Made by a program: the position numbers and the translations under genes
Shown here: piece by piece, positions 38,097-48,217 of the stretch
Layout: the number at the start of each line of letters is the position of its first letter
How positions within the stretch are numbered: position 1 is the stretch's first letter
The notes under the pieces: generated by a model
Told to the model about the DNA's origin: nothing
The model's database searches: none
What the model saw: the letters and a program-made list of their open reading frames with translations, nothing else
IMG/VR virus record: IMGVR_UViG_3300042197_004075
Coordinates: 11,061-75,060 of that record
Length of the DNA stretch: 64,000 nt
Source: a virus
Strand: one strand, 5' to 3'

Positions 38097-40716
38097 GTCT
38101 TTGCAATGCATTTTTTATTTGCGGAAATGAACTCATTTTTTTCAATTTTAATATATTGGTAATTTTTTTTCTTATAGATTCATTTATCGTAAAAACTTGT
38201 GTGTGTAGATTATTCATAACATCATATTTTTCAGACAAATTTGATTGAAGTGCAGCATTTCCGACTCTAAAATCACTTATGGACTGTAGCAATGATTCTA
38301 GTATTTGATTGTTGTTTTCAATAGTTTTTACTAAACTTTGAATTGCTCTATTGTAGACTGTACTTTCTGGATTAGCAAACTTAATTAACAATTGCATATC
38401 TTCCAAAGAAATAGCAGGTTTCATTCCATTTCTGATTTGTTGTAACAAAAGATATGCTTGTTTGTAATCAATTCTTGTGGATGCTACTGTACAATTTGCA
38501 TCTGCGTCAGGGGTGCCCAGACGAACTATTTCGGTTTCAACAGCAGAATCTAAGTCTTTGCCACTTCTCGTCACACCATTTATAAATGATGAGGCGCATA
38601 ATTCAGCTGATGTACGAGCATCTGGCCCTGAAAATTTAGGAGTATAGGCGACCACTAAACGACTAAACAGTTGTAGTCTGTTTGGATTGACACCATCAGC
38701 ATCAGCAATTCTATTTCTGTATTCAGCCCTGTTGGCAACATCGTGCAACCTACCCTGATCAGCTTCCTCACCTTCAGTTGCTGGTTCAATAAACATAGCA
38801 CCACTATAAAACCTGTTTATTATGTGTTTTATTCTATTGCAGTCATAAAAAACAGGTAATCTTCTTTGCTTAAATGTCCCACAACCAAAATCAAGTTGTA
38901 TCATTCTCGTAAATAAATCATTAAGAATTTTTTTGACTTCATTTACAGGATCGCTTTTAACACGAATGTAATTATCAGTTAGAAGTTCTGCACAATGATC
39001 GTGCAAACGCTTGTAGTCTATTTCGTTCATACATTTATGCCATTCAGACCATTCAAATGTAAATTCGGCTCCATGAGCTTTTTCTGTTTTTGTTGTCTTA
39101 AGTTTTTTCTCAAGATAATTAACAACCAACCTAGACATTGAATAATTGCCGTCTTCAGTTAAAACTGGTTGAAGAACTCCATCACCACTTGTTTCAAAAT
39201 TATATTTTTTATAATCTAATATTGATCGTATATTTTGGATTTTTGACAAGAAACCTGATTCTGTTGCAATAACACCAGATCGTTGAGGAGAATCTTGATT
39301 TGGAATTAAACCACCGCTGATAATTCTTAAATTCTTTTTCAAACTTGGGTCTTCTTTAAAACTATCCGGTGTTATCCACATAAATGGTCTATATTTACCT
39401 TTTTGTCCTTGTGGTAAATGCAAATCTTCATACCTGTGCAAATTACCTGTAGCATATTCTGAATCTTGTAAATCTGGTCTGTCGTGAATTGGATACAACA
39501 TCCTTCCACGCTGTAAATCGGGGATTTCAATTATTTCTGGTTCACCATAAGAATCTCTGCGATTTTTTTTCCTCATCACTTTAACTTGTTTCATTTTGAT
39601 GCGAGGAGGCAATTTTTCATCTGAATTGGTCTCGGCACTATAACGAGGGAATCTGTTGTGTGGATCAACAAATGTGTTGTTTCTTCTCGCTATTCGCAAC
39701 TCTGATTTACTTAAAACTATACTCAAATATTTATTTCTACTTCTGTCTCTTAGGTATGTTTGAAGTTCTGTTAATCCTTTAAGCCTTGTAGCAGGAACTG
39801 AAATTTCAAGAATTCTATCTTTTATATATTGAATAATGCCAATTGCGCCTTTGACTGATCGAGCCAGTTCCTCAATATTTTCATCTCTTATCAAAGAAAT
39901 CATTCTGTTGTACAATTCTCTGTTTGCAGAATACCATGTAATTAAATTTCTTGCAGAAGAAAGATTTCTAAAAAAATTAAAATAGGTTTGCCACCAATGT
40001 TTTTCATAAAGTTCATTTACTTCTGTGCCATCAATATTGATAAAATCTTTTTTTTCACTTTCTTTTGGTGCGACTGGTGGTAAATGATGCAAATCAGCCC
40101 CAGTAAATTCTATCCATCGTCTTAAAGCTTTTCGGATTGTATCTCTGCTTGGGAACTGAAAACCTCTTGAGCTAAATTTTGATTTTGTTTGTTCATTTGT
40201 TATGTTATGAATTCTTACATTGGTTAAATCATATCCTTGTGGATTCATGGGACTTACTTCAAGTGATTTAACTAGTTCTTCAATATATGAATTTGCTTTT
40301 ATAAACGCTTCGCTAGTTTTCCTTTCTGTTCTCCCATGTGAATAATTTAAAGCACGAACTGTAAAATCTATATCTCGATTTCGGACATTAATGTGATAGA
40401 ATCTTTCTTCAGCCAAATTTATAGCTTGTAGTAAAGCTCTTTTCTTTTTAATTTGCAAATCTAAATCAACGCTCTCAAGATTTTTGAGAATTTCATGATA
40501 TTTGGCTTGTACAAATTCATTATAGCCAGCTTTTTCTCGTTCAATTTCCCTATTTCGTAAACTACTATAAAGAACAGTATTGTATCTGAGCCACAATGCA
40601 TCTACCCAATATTCTGCTGGGAATTGTTCAAGAAATGTTATATCGCCACTTGAAACAGTAAACAGGAAAGGTTTTCTATTTACTGCACCAACTATGTACT
40701 CGTTAAATAAACGCAT
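38086..40716 (-). CDS. large hypothetical protein (876 aa)
   Basis: Long ORF, MRLFNEY leader; no motif recognised. Confidence 0.75.
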   Translation of the reverse strand: MRLFNEYIVGAVNRKPFLFTVSSGDITFLEQFPAEYWVDALWLRYNTVLYSSLRNREIEREKAGYNEFVQAKYHEILKNLESVDLDLQIKKKRALLQAINLAEERFYHINVRNRDIDFTVRALNYSHGRTERKTSEAFIKANSYIEELVKSLEVSPMNPQGYDLTNVRIHNITNEQTKSKFSSRGFQFPSRDTIRKALRRWIEFTGADLHHLPPVAPKESEKKDFINIDGTEVNELYEKHWWQTYFNFFRNLSSARNLITWYSANRELYNRMISLIRDENIEELARSVKGAIGIIQYIKDRILEISVPATRLKGLTELQTYLRDRSRNKYLSIVLSKSELRIARRNNTFVDPHNRFPRYSAETNSDEKLPPRIKMKQVKVMRKKNRRDSYGEPEIIEIPDLQRGRMLYPIHDRPDLQDSEYATGNLHRYEDLHLPQGQKGKYRPFMWITPDSFKEDPSLKKNLRIISGGLIPNQDSPQRSGVIATESGFLSKIQNIRSILDYKKYNFETSGDGVLQPVLTEDGNYSMSRLVVNYLEKKLKTTKTEKAHGAEFTFEWSEWHKCMNEIDYKRLHDHCAELLTDNYIRVKSDPVNEVKKILNDLFTRMIQLDFGCGTFKQRRLPVFYDCNRIKHIINRFYSGAMFIEPATEGEEADQGRLHDVANRAEYRNRIADADGVNPNRLQLFSRLVVAYTPKFSGPDARTSAELCASSFINGVTRSGKDLDSAVETEIVRLGTPDADANCTVASTRIDYKQAYLLLQQIRNGMKPAISLEDMQLLIKFANPESTVYNRAIQSLVKTIENNNQILESLLQSISDFRVGNAALQSNLSEKYDVMNNLHTQVFTINESIRKKITNILKLKKMSSFPQIKNALQRLIS

Positions 40717-40796
40717 TGAAATACCTCATTCGGTGTCAAATTACGGCACCATTAGAATTATTTATAATTTTCACAACAAATTTGATAAATATCTTT

Positions 40797-41675
40797 ATGA
40801 CAACTTGTACAAATGGCACTTTATATTTTCCTAGACCATCTAGTGCGACAAATTGTGGCACTAATTATAATTTGGGCGTGTCTGATCCGTTAGATATTGG
40901 TTCTCTTTCACCGAGACCTAATCGTGGAAAAATTAAATCTCAATTAAGAGATTATATCCTTTTAATGTTAGGGGCACCTGTAGTTACAGTTGAATTAGAT
41001 GATCAACAACTTGATGCTGCCGTTGACCTATCATTACAGATATATGAAGAATACGCTCCTAGGGAATTTTTTAAATATTATGTATTTCCTACAATACCGG
41101 GTAAGAGTGTTTATACACTTCCACCAGATATTGGTTATGTGAGACATGTATACTATAAAGAAATGGCAACTTTTAGTTTCTCTTCCTCAGACTTAGGTGG
41201 TGCAATACCAATTGAATATTTTTATCCCGGTGGCGCATATGCTTCAATTACTGGTGGTTTAATCGATAGTGTTACTCCGATTTGGGGCCGTGTTGGAGAA
41301 TGGAGTCTTTACAAAGGTTACGAGCGCACCTATGCTCGATCAGCAAGTAATCTGGGTGGATGGGAATGGGTTGGAGGCTATCAAAACATAAAATTGTATC
41401 CAATACCTAGATCGGTACAGGGAGTCATTGTACATTATGTGCAGAAAAATAACGACTGGCCAAGAGTTAATCAAGCTATGCAAGAAGGCGCACTATGTTT
41501 TGCAAAAATTATGCTTGGCAGAATAAGAGGCAAATTTACGACACTTCCCGGCGCACAAGGTGGTGTGCAGTTGGATGGTAAAGACCTATTGACTGAAGGT
41601 ATGCAAGAGAAAAAAGATTGGGAAGAAAGATTAATTACAAGATACGGCGACACATTGCCAATCACATTTGGATAA
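40797..41675 (+). CDS. gp13-like neck (head-tail adaptor) protein
   Basis: LGAPVVTVELDDQQ, LGRIRGKF, LPG...GVQLDG; start at ATG 40797. Confidence 0.88.
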   Translation: MTTCTNGTLYFPRPSSATNCGTNYNLGVSDPLDIGSLSPRPNRGKIKSQLRDYILLMLGAPVVTVELDDQQLDAAVDLSLQIYEEYAPREFFKYYVFPTIPGKSVYTLPPDIGYVRHVYYKEMATFSFSSSDLGGAIPIEYFYPGGAYASITGGLIDSVTPIWGRVGEWSLYKGYERTYARSASNLGGWEWVGGYQNIKLYPIPRSVQGVIVHYVQKNNDWPRVNQAMQEGALCFAKIMLGRIRGKFTTLPGAQGGVQLDGKDLLTEGMQEKKDWEERLITRYGDTLPITFG

Positions 41676-41685
41676 TAGGAAAAAT

Positions 41686-42150
41686 ATGTTAAGTTGGAAA
41701 AATTATAAATCTATTGTTTCAGAAGCAGTACAAAATGTACGCTATTCTGTTGAAATTAATTATGATACTTCACAAATAGACGCAGTAAGTGGATTTACAA
41801 AAATTTGTTTGGGATACATAAGTGCCGCACTTAAGAAGATGGATTTTCATACAAAAATTATTCTTACACAAAAACCATTTAGAGTTATAGTCGCATCAAG
41901 AAATTGGGATGATGGTGAGTGGGTTGGCATGATAAGTTATAATGATGAACTAGATTGCTTTGTTGTTTCAAGAGGATACTACAATAAAATGAACAAGACT
42001 GTAAGGGTTGAAAAAACTGTACAAATGCCTCTTGAATATAGTGCAAAAGACATTTCTAAGTATGTTTTCCAAATGATGAAAGATTTAAAAGGTGTAAAAG
42101 ATAAGCACTCTCCTGAACACAGGAAAGTGCATCTCAGGAAAAATTCTTAA
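41686..42150 (+). CDS. hypothetical protein
   Basis: MLSWKNY...VSE leader; AGGA RBS. Confidence 0.6.
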   Translation: MLSWKNYKSIVSEAVQNVRYSVEINYDTSQIDAVSGFTKICLGYISAALKKMDFHTKIILTQKPFRVIVASRNWDDGEWVGMISYNDELDCFVVSRGYYNKMNKTVRVEKTVQMPLEYSAKDISKYVFQMMKDLKGVKDKHSPEHRKVHLRKNS

Positions 42151-42152
42151 AT

Positions 42153-42527
42153 TTACTCTGAAATAATTGTAATGCCGTCAGACGGACCTTCGTTGAGTAG
42201 AATTTCTCCTTCTTCATTGTTGGTTGCATCCGAAAGAACTTCCTTCTTTGTTTTGCAAACAACATTCTCAACTTTACCATGATATGTAACTGTGGCTGGT
42301 TGTTCAGTAATTAGTTTTTCTTCCATTTTTACCTCTTTTGGTTTCAAAGGCCCAATATATCTAATCATTCCAGTCTTAACATACTCAAGAAAACTAGAAT
42401 CAGCAACAAATTGTTTTTTTGAATTAATTAAATTAAATCCTTGAAAACTTGGTTTTGGTAATTGCAAATCATACTTGTGATGATTTTCAAAAATATGTAA
42501 TTCGACATTGTTTGGATTTTTAATCAT
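42153..42527 (-). CDS. hypothetical protein
   Basis: 124 aa; LITE and LLNE gp21-type sites. Confidence 0.6.
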   Translation of the reverse strand: MIKNPNNVELHIFENHHKYDLQLPKPSFQGFNLINSKKQFVADSSFLEYVKTGMIRYIGPLKPKEVKMEEKLITEQPATVTYHGKVENVVCKTKKEVLSDATNNEEGEILLNEGPSDGITIISE

Positions 42528-42576
42528 TTTTCACCTACTAATATAATAGTATTATAATCAATTTTTTGGTGCATAT

Positions 42577-42921
42577 ATGAAAAAATTAATTGAATGGCAT
42601 GAAATTTATCCACAAGGCACACAGGAAGGGGATGAAGAAGCTGCTGTATTTATTGCTCTTACTAGAAACAAAAAGTGGCGTAATTGGCGTAGTGTCACAG
42701 CAATATCAAAAGAAACAAAACTAAAACCAGAAATTATTGAAAGAATTATTTATAAATACTTCAAAATTGGATTAATAATTCAAAATCCAAAGAATGCAGA
42801 ATTTTGGGGCTATATTTATTGTAATCCTGAAGACGCTCCAGAAAAAGATATTTCAGTAGTTGATTACGAGAAATACAAAATAATAACAAAACGAAGTCTT
42901 AATAAACTCACTAATTCGTAG
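42577..42921 (+). CDS. winged-HTH-like protein
   Basis: WRSVTAISKETKLKPEIIERII...GLI. Confidence 0.55.
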   Translation: MKKLIEWHEIYPQGTQEGDEEAAVFIALTRNKKWRNWRSVTAISKETKLKPEIIERIIYKYFKIGLIIQNPKNAEFWGYIYCNPEDAPEKDISVVDYEKYKIITKRSLNKLTNS

Positions 42922-42935
42922 CAATAGTAAAATAA

Positions 42936-42969
42936 ATATAGAGCATCAGTTTGTGCTGATGCTCTATAT
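42936..42969. terminator. hairpin terminator between convergent genes
   Basis: 14-bp perfect stem ATATAGAGCATCAG / CTGATGCTCTATAT. Confidence 0.7.
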
Positions 42970-42993
42970 GTTTTCAATAAAAAACCTAAATAA

Positions 42994-43209
42994 TTAGTTG
43001 GCTTCTGAAGGTCCGCCCTTTGCTACTTTAGTTGCCTGAAGTTTAAATGGCGCATCAGCAGCAATAGGTGTAAAATAGTTATTTGGATACTGCGCTCTTA
43101 CATAAGCGTCAGGATAAGCATATGGAGCAAGACCACCTCTTTTTGCGTTCTCGCTCACAGTTGGAACGGACAAATTATTATCAGCAGCCCAATCGGAAAA
43201 TGTTTTCAT
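42994..43209 (-). CDS. small putative internal head protein
   Basis: MKTFSDW leader; GAGGAG RBS; TAAATA upstream. Confidence 0.65.
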   Translation of the reverse strand: MKTFSDWAADNNLSVPTVSENAKRGGLAPYAYPDAYVRAQYPNNYFTPIAADAPFKLQATKVAKGGPSEAN

Positions 43210-43267
43210 AATAAATCTCCTCAACAGTATGTATTTAGGAAGATAAGTTTTTTTACTTATTTATTGC

Positions 43268-43840
43268 ATGAGTAAAATTTTTTTAAAATATCACCCCGCT
43301 GAAATAATTGAGAAAGAACCATCTTTAATTTTTGAAGAATATCGTGGATGTAGCTCATGTAACACATTTATGATGCCTGAATTTTTTCCAACATCTGACT
43401 CAAAAGTTTGTATATTTTGTCATCGCAGAATAAAAAATAATAAAAACTTTACTTTATTTACATTCAAAAATATTTTTTTATTTCTTTCCAAATTTGGTTT
43501 TGACTCTAAAGTTTTAACTAAAATAGAATCAAAACAAATTAAAATTCTTATGAAAGAAGATTGTTTTGATTATGTTGATCAAAATATGATTTGGTATGTT
43601 AACAAAGATGAATTAACAAATGCCAGCAAAAGTTTAATTGATAGTGTGTATGAAAATTTTGTTAAACTTGAAATAATTGATTCAAAAGTATGGAATATGC
43701 ATATGGAAAATTTGAAGGGTAAATTATTTTCACAGCACAAGAATATTGAAAAACTAATTATGCCAAAATTTCTTGCTTCAAATCCGTATTTTGATAGCAG
43801 AGCATCAAAATTTTTGAATAGGAATCACATTTTTTCTTGA
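43268..43840 (+). CDS. zinc-finger hypothetical protein
   Basis: CSSC...CIFC. Confidence 0.55.
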   Translation: MSKIFLKYHPAEIIEKEPSLIFEEYRGCSSCNTFMMPEFFPTSDSKVCIFCHRRIKNNKNFTLFTFKNIFLFLSKFGFDSKVLTKIESKQIKILMKEDCFDYVDQNMIWYVNKDELTNASKSLIDSVYENFVKLEIIDSKVWNMHMENLKGKLFSQHKNIEKLIMPKFLASNPYFDSRASKFLNRNHIFS

Positions 43841-43904
43841 TTTTGTTATTTTATCAACTAAATTAATCCTGAGCTTTTTTTGCTCAACCCTTTTGGAGAA
43901 TTAT

Positions 43905-44285
43905 ATGACAACTGAAAAGACTGCATCGAAGAAGCGAACGATTAACAATAACAGGCCAAGTGCCAAGATTCTAGCGAACGCTATTCGCTTTAAGGTCACC
44001 ACTAAGCTGAAGAACAACAGCGAAGTGTATGAAGCAACCGCTAACATCCCCGGTTTTCAACCAACGAAGGTTGTTCGCACAGATGGTTCGACTGTCTTTA
44101 CTACTCGCAGCAGCCTCACGAAGGCTTGCCGAGATCGTGCAGCACAATATAAGCGAACACCAGTTTTTGATTACGGAACAATTTCAACAACCACCAAGGC
44201 AAAAATTGTGCAACGAGTAAGCGGAAAGGTTCCCGCTGCAACTGCTGGTGCCTGTCCTGTTACTGGCGCAGTTGCACGATCATAA
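43905..44285 (+). CDS. basic, probably highly expressed hypothetical protein
   Basis: GGAG RBS, K/R/T-rich, codon usage like capsid genes, own terminator. Confidence 0.65.
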   Translation: MTTEKTASKKRTINNNRPSAKILANAIRFKVTTKLKNNSEVYEATANIPGFQPTKVVRTDGSTVFTTRSSLTKACRDRAAQYKRTPVFDYGTISTTTKAKIVQRVSGKVPAATAGACPVTGAVARS

Positions 44286-45734
44286 ATCTAAATCTTTGAT
44301 AGCAAACCCAATCGTTTCCCTAAACGATTGGGTTCTTTCTTTTCTATAAATTTTGACATTTTTGTACCAATCTGTCGTTGCGCCAAATTTACCCCAACGC
44401 CAGTCTGGTTTATCTGAACAAAATAAAATTACTGGAGTCCCAACTCCCCCAGCAATATGAACGGGCAAACTATCAACAGACATGATCAAATCCATTTCTG
44501 ACATTAATTTTGCTGTTGCACTTATATCTGTTAGTTTATCAGCCAAGTCTATTATGTTATACTTTTCAAAATCTTTACTGAAATCTACTGGCTCTTTTTG
44601 ATGCGGATATTTTCTAGCTCGTCTATCTTTTTGAAATGAATAGATTTCATGTTTTTCAAAATCAAGTTGATCAGCAAAATCTGTGAAAAATGTACTTCTT
44701 TGATAGTCCATAGGAGCGGCAGGATTTCCCGCCCAAATTAATCCAATTTTTTTCTTTTTATTTTTTGGATAATTATAGTCACAAATTTTGTAAGCATCAG
44801 GAATAGTTTCAATTCCTAGATGAAAAGGCAAACTTAAAAGTGATATTCCAAGTTTTGTGTCGGAATTAATTTGTGGTTTCCATCTAATTTTGTCTGTCAT
44901 TATTGAAATAAAGTTTTCAGGAGCGAAGAAATATGAATTCTTATAAATGCTTTGAAATTTTTCAAGAAAGCGCAAGTACATCAGGTTATCGCCAGCACCT
45001 TGCTCACAGAATACTACAAATTTCAAATCTTCTGACAAATTGTCTGGCTTTAACAAATTATTTACGATCATAAATTTTATTAAATTATCATAACAGTAAT
45101 ATCTTTCTTCATAATAAGTCCATGCTTCCTTATACTTTTTTTGGAAAGCTAAACAATGGAATAAATCTACGCTAATTTCTTTGTCGCAACTTGGAATAGC
45201 AACAGCAGTTTTAAAGCATTTTTCAGCATCTTGATACTTACTCATTTCTGCAAGACAGCAACCTTTGTTTGCGTGATGAAACCATTCGCCTGATTTCATT
45301 TGAAGTGCGTTATCAATAAATTCAAGTGCTTCATTATATCGATTTAATCTAGATAGTGTCAAAGCATGATTTGATCTAAATACTGCCTTGTCAGGGTTCA
45401 TCTCAATAGCTTTTAAGGAATAAACCAAAGATTCTTCCATTCTATTATTGTTGTTTAAAAATAAAGCGTAATTATTGAAGTCATCTGGATTGTTATAATT
45501 TCTGCAAAGCTCAAGGTATAGTTTTTCAGCCTCTTCTAGCTTATTCAATTTTGTTTTTACCAAAGATAGAAGTTGATAAAAACAATGTCGATCAGATACT
45601 TTTATAGTCTGCTCAAGAAGTTGTTCAGAAGTTTTATAATCTCTGGCTTTAAGATAATAGGTTACTGTTTGAAACGCTTTGTCGAGAAGTTCATCAAGAT
45701 CAATAGTTTCACAATTTTTGTCATTATTGTTCAT
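44280..45734 (-). CDS. TPR + GT9-like glycosyltransferase
   Basis: N-terminal TPRs, EQGAGD, SLP, GLIWAGNP, SVDSLPVH, DWRW. Confidence 0.85.
   Translation of the reverse strand: MNNNDKNCETIDLDELLDKAFQTVTYYLKARDYKTSEQLLEQTIKVSDRHCFYQLLSLVKTKLNKLEEAEKLYLELCRNYNNPDDFNNYALFLNNNNRMEESLVYSLKAIEMNPDKAVFRSNHALTLSRLNRYNEALEFIDNALQMKSGEWFHHANKGCCLAEMSKYQDAEKCFKTAVAIPSCDKEISVDLFHCLAFQKKYKEAWTYYEERYYCYDNLIKFMIVNNLLKPDNLSEDLKFVVFCEQGAGDNLMYLRFLEKFQSIYKNSYFFAPENFISIMTDKIRWKPQINSDTKLGISLLSLPFHLGIETIPDAYKICDYNYPKNKKKKIGLIWAGNPAAPMDYQRSTFFTDFADQLDFEKHEIYSFQKDRRARKYPHQKEPVDFSKDFEKYNIIDLADKLTDISATAKLMSEMDLIMSVDSLPVHIAGGVGTPVILFCSDKPDWRWGKFGATTDWYKNVKIYRKERTQSFRETIGFAIKDLDL
44305..44345 (+). terminator. intrinsic terminator
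   Basis: AACCCAATCGTTT / AAACGATTGGGTT stem followed by T-rich run. Confidence 0.7.
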
Positions 45735-45777
45735 GTTTTTTGCTCCACTATCATAAATAGAGTAGGGGGCAAAATAT

Positions 45778-46083
45778 ATGGGTTGTGGATGCAGAAAAAA
45801 TAAAGGTGCTTTACCCGCAAGAAATGTCAACTTAAACCCTATTAGAAATGTTGTTTCTGGTGGGAGAAATATAGTTGCTCCTCAACCACAACAGGCCAAT
45901 ATTGTACCGCAAAACAATCCTTCTAAATCAAATCAACCACAGGCAAAACCGGGTGCTGATCCCAAAGTTGCCAATATGAATCTCAATGTCCAAAAAAATC
46001 CACAAACTACTGGTATGACAAAAGAAAGGCTCGAAATAGAAAAAAGAAGAAGAGAAGCTATTAGGCGAGCTTTAGGAAAATAG
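45778..46083 (+). CDS. small MGCGC-type basic protein
   Basis: MGCGCRKN start; TAAATA upstream. Confidence 0.55.
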   Translation: MGCGCRKNKGALPARNVNLNPIRNVVSGGRNIVAPQPQQANIVPQNNPSKSNQPQAKPGADPKVANMNLNVQKNPQTTGMTKERLEIEKRRREAIRRALGK

Positions 46084-46125
46084 TTGTTGTTGGATAAATA
46101 ATTTATTCAAGATTGGAGACATAAA

Positions 46126-47208
46126 ATGATTAATTATGATAAATGGAAACTTCTTAATGAAAACTTCATGATTTCACAACCAATTGGTGGAATCAAATCT
46201 AATAATGGTTTCCTCGCATATAACAAGTTACACGAAGATGAAGAAATTGAGGAAGAAGAAGTCGAAGAAGAAGACATGGATGATGAAGGCGAAGAAGACA
46301 TGGAAGACATGGATGACGAAGGCGACGAAGACATGGAAGACATGGATGACGAAGGCGACGAAGACATGGAAGACATGGATGACGAAGGCGACGAAGACAT
46401 GGATGACGAAGATATGGATGACATGGATGACGAAGATATGGATGACATGGATGACGAAGGCGGCGAAGACATCGATGACATGGATGACGAAGATGAACAC
46501 CTAATGGGTCGTGTTCGTAGCATTCACCATCCTGATGCTCATAAGCATAAGCATCCTAAGCATCGTGAGCATATGCATGATCGTCCACATCATAAAATGG
46601 ATGTTGATGAAATTGATTTTGCTAATGCTGCTTCTGAAAAATATAGTAAGATGTATGCTAGCTGCGAATCAATGGATTACAAGCTTCCTCCTATGAATGA
46701 GTGGCTTGCTAGCGTTAATGGCCAAATGTTTCCAGAACAACTTCAGGAATACATCGGTAAGAAAGATGTGTCCATTAATGAGGCTCAAGAAGAAAAATTG
46801 ACAGGCAAAATGACACAACTAAATCAAAAAATTGATCAACTTGCAGAAAAACAGTCAATAACTAGAGTTGAGTTCATGTCTGCTATAAGACATTTCATTC
46901 AGGCTCTTGAGCCAAAAGTTTCAGGTGGATTGCCATCAATGGCTAAGAGAAGACTTGATCAATTCCTTGAAGAAGTTGCTAAAGTAGTAGAAGACGGCGA
47001 TTCCAAAAAAGAAGAACCTTCAGAAATGAAGCACATGAAAAAGGGCAAGGATAAATGTGGTTATTCCATGCGTATGATGGGTATGAATAAGGGTAAAGTT
47101 CACCCCAAGCACATGAAAATGTCAAAGAAAAAAATGGGCAAAGGTTGCATGGATGCCAAGATGAAAGGTCATATGAAATCCCACATGAAAAAAGGCTGGA
47201 AGGGTTGA
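46126..47208 (+). CDS. acidic-repeat / His- and Met-Lys-rich putative head protein
   Basis: MINYDKWKLLNE leader; EDMDDEGD repeats. Confidence 0.7.
   Translation: MINYDKWKLLNENFMISQPIGGIKSNNGFLAYNKLHEDEEIEEEEVEEEDMDDEGEEDMEDMDDEGDEDMEDMDDEGDEDMEDMDDEGDEDMDDEDMDDMDDEDMDDMDDEGGEDIDDMDDEDEHLMGRVRSIHHPDAHKHKHPKHREHMHDRPHHKMDVDEIDFANAASEKYSKMYASCESMDYKLPPMNEWLASVNGQMFPEQLQEYIGKKDVSINEAQEEKLTGKMTQLNQKIDQLAEKQSITRVEFMSAIRHFIQALEPKVSGGLPSMAKRRLDQFLEEVAKVVEDGDSKKEEPSEMKHMKKGKDKCGYSMRMMGMNKGKVHPKHMKMSKKKMGKGCMDAKMKGHMKSHMKKGWKG
46270..46497 (+). repeat. coding tandem repeats (33-bp EDMEDMDDEGD units and variants)
   Basis: GAAGACATGGAAGACATGGATGACGAAGGCGAC repeated. Confidence 0.9.
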
Positions 47209-47229
47209 GGAGCCAGCTAAATTAGCCGA

Positions 47230-47268
47230 ATAAAAGCCATAGTAGTTTACTATGGCTTTTATTTTTTT
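47230..47268. terminator. intrinsic terminator
   Basis: ATAAAAGCCATAGTA / TACTATGGCTTTTAT stem + T run. Confidence 0.8.
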
Positions 47269-48149
47269 ATCTGAAAGTTAATTTCTTCAACAATATCATT
47301 TGGCATAAAATTAGAAATGAAATTAAACAAAACTTCAGCAGATTTATAATCGCACTCGTTAATTGTTTTTGTTACAAAGTTGAGATCATATCCAAAACAT
47401 TCATATGCTTGACTTGGATCGGAATCATACAAATCACGAATATTAAATGTCCAAAATTTCTGCCACATGTCATTATTCATAAATTCAAATACAAATTCAC
47501 AAATTCTATATATCAATCCACAATATTCAGGTTTTCTTGTCCACCAAGATGATAACACTCTGTATTCAATTCCATATGGTTTAATTCTAAAAGACCCAGC
47601 TTTGCCGAAAAATTTTCGTCTATCTTTTTGTGTCTGATCCTTTTCAACCAATAGACTTGAAATGCCTAAAAATAAATCAAGCATATAAACAAAAAGTGGA
47701 TATTTTGTTTTGTCAGAAATTGAATCGGTGCTTGTACCGCTCAAATGCAAATGACCACCGCTTGTTCTCATGCAAGTGTTTTTAAGAGCATCTTGAATAA
47801 AATAATTTGGTTGCATGTTGTACGCATTGTACTCTATATCACAAGCTACAACTTGTGACTTTGAATCGCTCATGAATTCAGGATTAAAATAAGTTGAAGC
47901 ACTTGTATCAAGAAAGTGTGGCCGAATATTTGATTCAGCAAAATTAATACCACTTTCAATATTTTCTATAAATTCTCGTATTGATTTACAAGGTGGAATA
48001 TTGAACTCTAACAAAACATTATCAAAGTATAGTTTTATGTCCTGATTTGAAATTGGATTATTTTTATCATGATCAATAACTGTATAGGCTGGAATAACAT
48101 CGCCTAAAGAATTTCTTACAAAAAATTCAACATCAGAACCGATGATCAT
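47259..48149 (-). CDS. phiEco32-type COOH-NH2 ligase
   Basis: IGSDVEFF, DNVLLEFN, RTSGGHLH, FGKAGSFRIKPYGIEYRVLS. Confidence 0.85.
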   Translation of the reverse strand: MIIGSDVEFFVRNSLGDVIPAYTVIDHDKNNPISNQDIKLYFDNVLLEFNIPPCKSIREFIENIESGINFAESNIRPHFLDTSASTYFNPEFMSDSKSQVVACDIEYNAYNMQPNYFIQDALKNTCMRTSGGHLHLSGTSTDSISDKTKYPLFVYMLDLFLGISSLLVEKDQTQKDRRKFFGKAGSFRIKPYGIEYRVLSSWWTRKPEYCGLIYRICEFVFEFMNNDMWQKFWTFNIRDLYDSDPSQAYECFGYDLNFVTKTINECDYKSAEVLFNFISNFMPNDIVEEINFQIKK

Positions 48150-48217
48150 GATATTATCTCCCGGTTTCTAAATAATATAGAACAGAAAATTGTTTTTAGA
48201 CAGTAAATTATATTACT

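Noticed and set aside
46134-46523. Ser-rich, TWM-rich and VIH-rich alternative-frame ORFs
   Set aside because: Frame shadows of the acidic coding repeat
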